Assembly: GCA_022709905.1 (NCBI GenBank)
Contig: JAKLHY010000073.1
Coordinates: 1-35,035 of the forward strand
DNA: 35,035 nucleotides
Source: Verrucomicrobiota bacterium
Lineage (GTDB): Bacteria; Verrucomicrobiota; Verrucomicrobiia; Limisphaerales; UBA1319
Reading direction: 5' to 3'
Below are positions 1-7,941 of this stretch, one piece after another. A program made the translations under genes and the position numbers. Each line of letters opens with the position of its first letter. Positions within the stretch are counted from its first letter, which is position 1. The notes under the pieces are model-generated. The model was not told where the DNA came from and did no database searches. It saw nothing but the letters and a program-made list of their open reading frames with translations.

Positions 1-336
1 GCCGGTCGATCGCGATCGATTGGCCCGTCCTCACTTCATATTATTATATTATACAATTTGTTTTTCAGCAGAATCAATAGTATGGACCTGACCCCTTTGC
101 CTTTGCGGGATAAAGAGGCCGCGGGCGAAGGTCACAACGGTCTGCGGTCCTTCATCCCCGTTCGTGCATTGTCTATCGCCTGATTCCATAACATTCCATC
201 GATGTGCCCAACACCTCAGGACCTCCATATTCAGCCTGCCATTATGAGTGTCAATGAGTGGTTGAGTTGTTTTATTTGCGGCTCAGGAGGCTTGGGAGTG
301 TATGGACGAGTCGCCACCGATGCGATAAAAGGCCTT

Positions 337-1347
337 ATGCAGATTCTATTTATTGGCGGGACGGGGAATATCTCGGCCGAGTGCGCGGCTGCGGCGCATA
401 AACGGGGTCACCAGGTCCTGGTGTTGACGCGGGGACGACACGAGCTGCCGTCCGAGTATCGCGCCATTCAGGCGGATCGCAGAGATCGGGCGGCTATGCG
501 ATCGGCTTTAAGTGGGATCAAACCGGATGTGGTCGCTAATTTTCTCGGCTATGAACTGGAGGACGTTCGGCTCGATGTCGAGATATTCCAGGGTTCGCTG
601 CGGCAATACGTTTTTATCAGCTCGACGACGGTTTACGCCCGGCCGGCCCGGCGACTGCCCTACCGCGAGGATTCCGATCTGGGTAATGTCTGGTGGGAGT
701 ATGCCCAAAAGAAACTGGCCTGCGAGCAGTGGCTGGGTGAACGATACTCGGCAGACGGCTTTCCAGTGACTATTGTCCGCCCGTCGCATACCTACTCGAA
801 GCTCTGGGTCCCGAATCCTGTCTCCAGTTCGAGTTATTCCTTTGCCGCGCGCCTAGAACGGAGCCAGCCGATCTTTGTGCCGGATGATGGCAAGAATCCA
901 TGGACGCTGACAGCGGCCGCTGATTTCGCCGTCGGGTTGGTCGGTCTGATTGGCAATGACCAGGCGGTGGGCGAAGCTTTTCATATCACCAGCGACGAAG
1001 TGCTGACCTGGAATCAGATTTACGCCGAGATTGCCTCCGCCTTAGGCGTCATCACGCCCAGCATCGTGCCCGTTCCGACAGAATTCATCTGCCAGGTGGC
1101 GCCTCAAATGACGGGAACGCTGAAAGGAGATAAGGCGCAACCGGGCATTTTTGATAATGCGAAGATCAAGCGGTTTGTGCCGGAGTTCCGGTGCGTCAAG
1201 TCATTCCGGGAAGGCGTGCGTCAATCCGTGGCCTGGTTACGCGAGCATCCGAGCCAGCAGAACCTCAATCCGCAAGTGGACAGGCTCATCGACGATGTCC
1301 TCGCCGCCTGGCGCGTCGCGTTCACGGTCCACCCCATCCACCGGTAA
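337..1347 (+). CDS. NAD(P)-dependent epimerase/dehydratase family protein (extended SDR, Rossmann fold)
   Basis: ORF 202..1347. An N-terminal glycine-rich dinucleotide-binding motif ILFIGGTGNIS sits right after the internal ATG at 337, so M46 is the likely true start. The upstream 45 codons (MCPTPQD...) look non-proteinaceous. The length is typical for this family. Confidence 0.75.
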   Translation: MQILFIGGTGNISAECAAAAHKRGHQVLVLTRGRHELPSEYRAIQADRRDRAAMRSALSGIKPDVVANFLGYELEDVRLDVEIFQGSLRQYVFISSTTVYARPARRLPYREDSDLGNVWWEYAQKKLACEQWLGERYSADGFPVTIVRPSHTYSKLWVPNPVSSSSYSFAARLERSQPIFVPDDGKNPWTLTAAADFAVGLVGLIGNDQAVGEAFHITSDEVLTWNQIYAEIASALGVITPSIVPVPTEFICQVAPQMTGTLKGDKAQPGIFDNAKIKRFVPEFRCVKSFREGVRQSVAWLREHPSQQNLNPQVDRLIDDVLAAWRVAFTVHPIHR

Positions 1348-1496
1348 CGTTTGGGAACAATCACTTGCGGATCGACCTTGCAGTAATAAGAATCCCACTT
1401 CCGATCTCGAGGATCACGCCAACATGCTGCTCTGTTTGAAAAATCGATGAAATCCCTGGAGTTAAGCCCCCATGGATGCCTCCGATTCCATTCGCG

Positions 1497-1558
1497 TTCA
1501 TTGGCGCTCATTCGCGGTGGCCGTTCATCGCCGGTTGGCGCTCATTCGCGGTTCGAAT
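1497..1558. repeat. Short tandem/direct repeat: 18-bp TTGGCGCTCATTCGCGGT present twice (1501-1518, 1535-1552) within a 'CATTCGCGG'-rich segment
   Basis: Read directly from the sequence. Lies in the convergent intergenic space between the epimerase stop and the sigma-factor stop. Confidence 0.6.
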
Positions 1559-1607
1559 TGACTGGGAGGATCTCATGCGCGGAGTTGGGGCCTTAATCCA
1601 ACCGGCG

Positions 1608-3290
1608 CTACTGGGCGATGGGGGCCATCATGGTCCGGTTGAGCGTGAGCAACGATCGATTGTTGTTGATGGCGGTGGTTCTGAACTCCTGGAGTTTGGT
1701 GATCTCCTCCTCGGTAAGGAAGACGCGGGCGCGTTCGGCGGTTTTCTGGTAGATGGCATCCAGGAGTTTCAGGTTTCGTTCGGCGTCCGACTCGGAGGCG
1801 ATGTTGCGAAAGTTCAGGATCGGCACGGTCTGGTAATCGGCGGGTAACCCGGCATTCGCGAGGGCCGACTGGACTTCCTCTTGCAGGACCTGGCGGAACT
1901 GCGTGGCCTTTTCATCTTTAGCGGCATCGTTGCCGGCGAGCATGGGTTTGAATTGCTCCGCCGAGAGCCTGCTGAGCAAGGATTTCGTGTAATCCTGGTA
2001 TTGCCCCATTCCATCTTGTCCAAGCAGCGCCAGCGCCCGTTCCTGGAGGCTGGCGTCCTGGGCGACAAAGAGCTCGTTGATTTGTTCCGGGGTGAGTTTA
2101 TCGCGGAGCGCGACTGTAACATGGTCGACATTCTCCATGATATGATCGGCGAGCAGATCGTTGAGTTGATCGGACTGCTCGGCGGTCAGCTTCAGTTGGG
2201 TGGCGAGTCCCTTGTAGATGATGCCCATGCCCATTTTTTGCTGGGTGCGCAGCATCTTCCTGGCTTCCGGATTGGCGGTGACTTTGCTGATGGCGTTGCT
2301 GGACCCGATGCTGGCGTTCTCGTCGCGGAGCCTTCCGACTTCGCCTCGGAGTCGAAGGACTTCGTTGGGGTTCTTTCGGAGAGTCGCGTTCTCGGCGACG
2401 AGGGCGGCCAACCGGTTGGTCGCCTGGTCGCGCTCGCGCGTCAAGGCCTCGACCTGCGAGGCCAATGCCGAGTGTTTAGCCTGTTGTTCGCCGAGTGTAT
2501 TGACCTGGTCACGCAGGCTGGAAACCCGGATCGTCTGGTAAACTCCGAGGCCAATCGCGGCGGTTATTACGGCGGTCACAATCGTTTTTTGGATGGCAGT
2601 CATAGCTAGGGTTTGGGCAAGGGTTACAGCGGTGGAACCGGAAAGAGCGGCGGTGGACACCACCGCGCCCGAGGCGATGGCCGCGGCCAATCCCGCGGGG
2701 GCGGCCTGGATGGCGTTGGCGGAGAGTAGTGCGGCCAACCCGCCCGCTCCCACCGTCACATCGTGTTCGGCCAGGAAACCGCGAAGGCGCTCGACGGCGC
2801 GGTGAACGCGTTTCTGGGCGGCGTCCTCGCTTGCGCCCAGGGCCTCGCCGACCTCGCGCAAGGATTTGTTCTCGAAGAATCGGAGCAGGATCGCGGTGCG
2901 ATCGGCGTCGTCCAGCGACTGCATGGCCTCATCCAGCAGCGGTTCGATGCGCGACCAACCGGCCGATGTATCGTTTGCGTCACTCATCTGAAAGGCGATT
3001 TGCTCGCGGGCCTGCCGTCGGGACTCGCGGCGGACCACATCGATGGCGGCATGGCGGGTGACCTGGTAAAGCCAGGCGGTCAGAACGGTGTTCGGCTCTA
3101 GCTTGGCGGCATCGCGGGCAAGGCTGGCAAACACGGATTGCGCAACTTCCTCGGCCAGTTGGGGCAACTGCACCTGCCGCAAGGCGGCCGTGTAGACCAG
3201 GTCCAGGTGCCGCTTCACCAGCGCGGTAAACGCGTCCTGGGACTGGTCCCGCGTAAATTGCCCCAATAAATCAAGATCACTCGCGGTCAT
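1608..3290 (-). CDS. ECF (sigma-70 family) sigma factor fused to a C-terminal transmembrane helix, coiled-coil and ~230-aa extracytoplasmic-like domain
   Basis: The N-terminal ~180 aa have the ECF sigma2/sigma4 pattern (LVKRHLDLVYTAAL...; HTH ...SLREVGEALGASEDAAQKRVHRAVERLR). An Ala-rich linker and hydrophobic helix IVTAVITAAIGLGVY follow. A heptad-rich segment (QVEALTRERDQATNRLAALVAENATLRKN...) and a C-terminal globular region complete the protein. ATG at 3288-3290. Confidence 0.8.
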   Translation of the reverse strand: MTASDLDLLGQFTRDQSQDAFTALVKRHLDLVYTAALRQVQLPQLAEEVAQSVFASLARDAAKLEPNTVLTAWLYQVTRHAAIDVVRRESRRQAREQIAFQMSDANDTSAGWSRIEPLLDEAMQSLDDADRTAILLRFFENKSLREVGEALGASEDAAQKRVHRAVERLRGFLAEHDVTVGAGGLAALLSANAIQAAPAGLAAAIASGAVVSTAALSGSTAVTLAQTLAMTAIQKTIVTAVITAAIGLGVYQTIRVSSLRDQVNTLGEQQAKHSALASQVEALTRERDQATNRLAALVAENATLRKNPNEVLRLRGEVGRLRDENASIGSSNAISKVTANPEARKMLRTQQKMGMGIIYKGLATQLKLTAEQSDQLNDLLADHIMENVDHVTVALRDKLTPEQINELFVAQDASLQERALALLGQDGMGQYQDYTKSLLSRLSAEQFKPMLAGNDAAKDEKATQFRQVLQEEVQSALANAGLPADYQTVPILNFRNIASESDAERNLKLLDAIYQKTAERARVFLTEEEITKLQEFRTTAINNNRSLLTLNRTMMAPIAQ

Positions 3291-3476
3291 CTATGATTGT
3301 ATCGCCACCGATCCTCCAAATCCGACACACCAGATCGCGTCATCTCACGCAAGCGACATCGAGATGGCCCCTGACAAAAGACCTGCTGTCAGGAGGGTTT
3401 TGGCAGGAATCACTGCTTGGCTTCGTTGATCGAGCCCACGGACGCCTGTCGCTTGTCTCCCGGTTCAGAACGCCAA

Positions 3477-3592
3477 GCGAACTAAAGTCCGCGCTCCGTG
3501 GCCGTTGGCGCGTCCTGGATTTATTGCGCAGCCAAGCGGCGCGCGGAATTCATTCCCCTTCAGAGCGTCTGGCGGATTAAAATCCGCGCTCC
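3477..3592. repeat. Cluster of three 16-bp palindromes GCGGWWT-NN-AWWCCGC (3477-3492 imperfect; 3543-3558 one mismatch; 3572-3587 perfect) with conserved GCTCC / CAGAGCG flanks
   Basis: Read directly. Sits immediately 3' of the beta-helix gene stop (3625). The same bipartite arrangement recurs at 7708-7795. Confidence 0.65.
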
Positions 3593-3624
3593 GTTGAGCA
3601 AAAACAGGACATCCAGGGTGGCTC

Positions 3625-6600
3625 CTACTGCCTGAGCCGGAAGAATCGAACGCTGTCGTTCATGCTGACCTTTAAAACAATCCGGTCACCCATCTGGACG
3701 GTTCCGCCCATCCAATTTTCCCACTGCCGCAGGTCGGTCGAACTCTCGACCGCAAACCCCGACGCCGACACCGGCCAGGACAACACCAGATCGCCGGAGG
3801 CATCGACCTCGACCGTGATTCGCGGGGGGGATGACACGACCGGCTCGGTGCTCCAGGGCTCGAATTGGACGAGGTCGCTGACGCGGTTTCCCATCCCGTC
3901 CGAATTTTTGGCCGGGTGATATGGACCGGAGGCATCGCCCCACCAGTTGTGGCGCGCGTCAACCTCGGCAGGCCCCTCGTTCTGAATCCCCCAGATGCTG
4001 TTTGAAATGATCTGCGACCCGGTCACTGGCACGGGCAGACTCTGATTGCGAACCAGGATGCCGTTGTGATTGCCGGCAAACACACACCGGTCGATCTGGT
4101 GTTGGCCGGTGCTGTTATCGATCCGCAAGCCGTCGCCGTTATGATCGCGCACGCCCGTGTTCTTCAGCACCAGCGCGCCGGAGCCGGTCTTGAACAATCC
4201 CACCCCCCCCCAATAACCCCCATGGGCCACCTCGCACCACTCCAAGGTCGCCGAACCGGCGTTGACCACCTGGATCCCCTGCCACCATCCTGCCTGGCCC
4301 GTGGTCCCCTCAAACACAATCGGCGCCGACGCGGTCCCCACCGCTTTTAATTCTCCCTTCACCACGAGCGAAGGATATCGCACAAACCGAACCTTCACTC
4401 CGGGCTCGATCGTCAGCACGGCACCTTCCTCGACAATCATATCCGCCTGAACCACCATCACGAACTCGTCGCCCCCGCCTCGTTTCCAAGTCACATTAGT
4501 CGTCAAGGAACCGCCATTCACCTGCGCACTTCCCGAGGCATTGTCGTCAAACGCATTGGCCGTGTAGTCGAACACGCTGTTGATGTCGTGCAACACGCCC
4601 ATCTCCCCGTTCCCTTTGAACGAGCAGCCTGTGGCCATCACCTGGCTGGCATTGATATGCATCCCGGACTGGGTGTTGTTCGCATACATGGACGATTCCA
4701 AAACGGTGGTCCCCGGGCTGTTCACGACCTGCAAACCGTGTCCCAGCATATCGGTGACCGCGCAATGGCTCATCGTCAGATCCCCGGACCCGCTTTTCGC
4801 CATTCCCACTCGATCCCAATACCCCGCGTAACGGACCGTGCAATACGCCAACGCCGCCGATCCGGCACCTGAAATCTGCAGCGTCCGCCACCATCCCGGC
4901 CCGGGCTTCGTGCCACCCTCATCTCGGTTGGCATCGCCTCCCACGGTGTCGTCCCGCCAATCGGTCAGATACACCGGCTCGGCCGAGGTCCCCGGGACCT
5001 CGAGACGTCCGCTCACATAAAGCCCGGCATACTGGGCGAACTTGACGACAGTCCCCGCCCGAACCGTGAGCGATCCCTCTGGCGCCACCGACAAATCCTG
5101 CGATACGAAAAGAGAGTAGTCCGGCCTCAGCCCCCACACCGCCGGACCAGTCAAGATTCCTCCATCCAGATAGACGTCCATCGTGTTGCCACTGAAGGTC
5201 GAAGTCTTATCATCAAACGAAGCGTTCAAGCCCACTCGAACTCCGCGCGCATTGCCGGAGTAACGGTTGGTCTGCGAGATAAAGGAAGAATAACCAGCAC
5301 CCAATCGCAGGCCGTCCCCGCTATGATCTCGGAGGATCGAGTTCTTCAGCGTCAGGGCGCCGGAGCCGGTCTTGAGCAATCCCACGCCATCCCAGTATCC
5401 CCCGTGCGCCACCTCGCACCATTCCAGCGTCGCCGAACCGGCGTTGACCACCTGAATCCCCCGCCACCATCCGACCTCGCCTGTGGTCCCCTCGAACACA
5501 ATCGGCGCCAAGACCGTTCCGACGGCTTTCAATTCTCCCTTCACCGCCAACAGCGGATATCGCACAAATCGAACCTTCACTCCAGGCTCTACCGCTAACA
5601 CCGCTCCTTCCTCGACGATCAGATCTCCCTGAACGACCATCACGAACTCCTGGCCACCGCCCCGCTTCCATATCACGTTGTTCGTCATGGCCCCCCCGTT
5701 TACCAGCACGCTTGCCGCGGCATTGCCGGCAAACTGATTGGACTTATAGTCCAGTGAAATATTGGCTTCCTGCAAAACACCCCCCTCGCTGTTGCTGTTG
5801 AAGGCGCAGTTGGTCGCGATTACCAGGCTGGCGTTGACATACATCCCGGACCGGGTGTTGTTCGCATACGTGGACGATTCCAAAAGGGTGGTCCCCGGGC
5901 TGTTCACGACCTGCAAACCGTGTCCCAGCATATCGGTGACCGCGCAATGGCTCATCGTCAGATCCCCAGACCCGCTTTTCGCCATTCCCATTCCATCATA
6001 ATACCCGGCATAACGGACCGTGCAATACGTCAACACCGCCGATCCGGCACCTGAAATCTGCAGCGTCCGCCACCATCCCGGCCCGGGCTTCGTGCCACCC
6101 TCATCTCGGTTGGCATCGCCTCCCACGGTGTCGTCCCGCCAATCGGTCAGATACACCGGCTCGGCCGAGGTCCCCGGGACCTCGAGACGTCCGCTCACAT
6201 AAAGCCCGGCATACTGGGCGAACTTGACGACAGTCCCCGCCCGAACCGTGAGCGATCCCTCTGGCGCCACCGACAAATCCTGCGATACGAAAAGAGAGTA
6301 GTCCGGCCTCAGCCCCCACACCGCCGGACCAGTCAAGATTCCTCCATCCAGATAGACGTCCATCGTGTTGCCACTGAAGGTCGAAGTCTTATCATCAAAC
6401 GAAGCGTTCAAGCCCACTCGAACTCCGCGCGCATTGCCGGAGTAACGGTTGGTCTGCGAGATAAAGGAAGAATAACCAGCACCCAATCGCAGGCCGTCCC
6501 CGCTATGATCTCGGAGGATCGAGTTCTTCAGCGTCAGGGCGCCGGAGCCGGTCTTGAGCAATCCCACGCCATCCCAGTATCCCCCGTGCGCCACCTCGCA

Positions 6601-7041
6601 CCATTCCAGCATCGCCGAACCGGCGTTGACCACCTGAATCCCGTGCCACCAACCCGCATTACTGGTGGTTCCGTCAAACACAATCGGCGCCGAGGCCGTC
6701 CCCACCGCCCTCAATTGCCCGTGGATCCAGAGTCCCTGGTATTGGTTAAACTCAACCCTCACACCAGGCTCGATGGTCAACGTCACCCCTTCCGCAACAG
6801 TGACGGATCCTGTTACGCTGACGGGGCTGCTCGCAACAGACCATACAGTGTCGGAGGCAACAGTCCCCGAAACCTCGATGGCTTGTGTCTCGGGTGAACC
6901 GACCCAAAACAAAAACAGGAGCCAGGCCAGTCCGATCCGGCCACAGAACAGGGTCTCGTATCTATGATGGAATAGAATGGTGATCATGCGGTTACAACTT
7001 TCGAATGATAGCCAGTTCATCATGGGGCAATGACTTAGCAT
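3625..7041 (-). CDS. Large secreted right-handed parallel beta-helix repeat protein (three ~390-aa tandem repeat units plus a distinct ~75-aa C-terminal beta-rich domain)
   Basis: 1138-aa ORF. The N-terminus has a signal-peptide-like segment (…RIGLAWLLFLFWVGSPETQA|IEV). Pectate-lyase-like beta-helix repeats (NAGSA(T/M)LEWCEVAHGGYWDGVGLLKTGSGALTLKNS…, GNTMDVYLDGGILTG…) occur three times. Alternative ATG starts at M7/M8/M19 (6985-6987); the true start is uncertain. Confidence 0.8.
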   Translation of the reverse strand: MLSHCPMMNWLSFESCNRMITILFHHRYETLFCGRIGLAWLLFLFWVGSPETQAIEVSGTVASDTVWSVASSPVSVTGSVTVAEGVTLTIEPGVRVEFNQYQGLWIHGQLRAVGTASAPIVFDGTTSNAGWWHGIQVVNAGSAMLEWCEVAHGGYWDGVGLLKTGSGALTLKNSILRDHSGDGLRLGAGYSSFISQTNRYSGNARGVRVGLNASFDDKTSTFSGNTMDVYLDGGILTGPAVWGLRPDYSLFVSQDLSVAPEGSLTVRAGTVVKFAQYAGLYVSGRLEVPGTSAEPVYLTDWRDDTVGGDANRDEGGTKPGPGWWRTLQISGAGSAVLTYCTVRYAGYYDGMGMAKSGSGDLTMSHCAVTDMLGHGLQVVNSPGTTLLESSTYANNTRSGMYVNASLVIATNCAFNSNSEGGVLQEANISLDYKSNQFAGNAAASVLVNGGAMTNNVIWKRGGGQEFVMVVQGDLIVEEGAVLAVEPGVKVRFVRYPLLAVKGELKAVGTVLAPIVFEGTTGEVGWWRGIQVVNAGSATLEWCEVAHGGYWDGVGLLKTGSGALTLKNSILRDHSGDGLRLGAGYSSFISQTNRYSGNARGVRVGLNASFDDKTSTFSGNTMDVYLDGGILTGPAVWGLRPDYSLFVSQDLSVAPEGSLTVRAGTVVKFAQYAGLYVSGRLEVPGTSAEPVYLTDWRDDTVGGDANRDEGGTKPGPGWWRTLQISGAGSAALAYCTVRYAGYWDRVGMAKSGSGDLTMSHCAVTDMLGHGLQVVNSPGTTVLESSMYANNTQSGMHINASQVMATGCSFKGNGEMGVLHDINSVFDYTANAFDDNASGSAQVNGGSLTTNVTWKRGGGDEFVMVVQADMIVEEGAVLTIEPGVKVRFVRYPSLVVKGELKAVGTASAPIVFEGTTGQAGWWQGIQVVNAGSATLEWCEVAHGGYWGGVGLFKTGSGALVLKNTGVRDHNGDGLRIDNSTGQHQIDRCVFAGNHNGILVRNQSLPVPVTGSQIISNSIWGIQNEGPAEVDARHNWWGDASGPYHPAKNSDGMGNRVSDLVQFEPWSTEPVVSSPPRITVEVDASGDLVLSWPVSASGFAVESSTDLRQWENWMGGTVQMGDRIVLKVSMNDSVRFFRLRQ
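4690..6641. repeat. Intragenic tandem duplication: 4690-5459 and 5872-6641 are ~99% identical (period 1182 bp); a third, more diverged copy lies ~3900-4600
   Basis: Identical alternative-frame ORFs 4838..5020 = 6020..6202 and 4919..5137 = 6101..6319. Direct comparison of the nucleotide strings confirms the identity. The protein repeats 1 and 2 are identical over ~250 aa. Confidence 0.85.
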
Positions 7042-7707
7042 GATTGCTTTTCAGTGGCAATGCCATTGCTTGTTTTATCTTCGTCAAATGCGGCCAACCA
7101 TTCCTCCGACCCCCTCGGGAATCGATCCGGGGCAACGCTGTGGGGCGCGCGGCTGCTCGGAAGGCACGCTGGATTGAGTCCGCAGTTGGAAGAACTGTTG
7201 TGGCGGGCCGCCGGGCGGAAGGTTGATAACGGAATTTCAATTGGTGGCGGTGAAGTCCAGGAGCACGGGCCAATCGATCAGATTGGAGGAACTGAGCACC
7301 GGGTAGTTTCCTCCAACTTCAGACCTGATCCAACAGAGCAAGCCGTCCGCCCGATGCGCCCGGCAGCGAACGGTCCGTGCAGCCGATAAAACGGGTCGGA
7401 CAGGCGTTTTCGAGTGTCTTGGGTGGATCGAAGGTAATCGATATGATGAGTTCATGCCTTGATTCCGCATTCCCGCGTAGATATTGAGCGGCCAAGCCAC
7501 AAATGCTCGGACACAAGATGGAGTGCAATCCTATTTTGATGTTCTGCCGCAGTGTGCTATGGGGTCCCGAGCATAATTCAGATTCAAGATTCGGTCGGAA
7601 TAAAAAACCAGATGCAAATTCAAGTCAATAAATTCTGCCTCTCCGAAAACCGCAAATCAAACGACTGAACCGCGCCAATAAACGCGAATCATGGCAGGAT
7701 AAATCAT

Positions 7708-7795
7708 GCGGGATAAATCCCGCGCTCCAGCTTGCCGAGTGCCTCTCGCTTCGGAGCTCGGAATAATCGGTGCGCGGAATTCATTCCGCAGAGCG
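7708..7795. repeat. Second copy of the bipartite palindromic element: perfect 16-bp palindromes GCGGGATAAATCCCGC (7708-7723) and GCGGAATTCATTCCGC (7774-7789) with GCTCC / CAGAGCG flanks
   Basis: Read directly. Same order, orientation and ~43-nt spacing as the 3477-3592 copy. Lies in the 900-bp intergenic region upstream of the beta-helix gene. Confidence 0.65.
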
Positions 7796-7941
7796 ATTTG
7801 GCCAACAACATACCTCCGATTTGATTCGCGTCTATTGGCGTGAATTCGCGGTTCGATTTTTTCGCGAGTATCTTACGTGAGGATTTGGGAGCGATAAGAC
7901 CGATTGCCAGACGAAATCGGAAATTGGTTTTGGCAACCGGT

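Noticed and set aside
1543-1560. tRNA-like T-arm string GGTTCGAAT
   Set aside because: There is no D-arm or anticodon-arm context and no acceptor-stem complementarity. It is part of the short-repeat cluster instead.
6992-7273. 93-aa minus-strand ORF overlapping the 5' end of the beta-helix gene
   Set aside because: It is in a different frame from the beta-helix gene and overlaps its signal-peptide region. Its Arg/Ala/Pro-rich composition has no features, so it is likely spurious.
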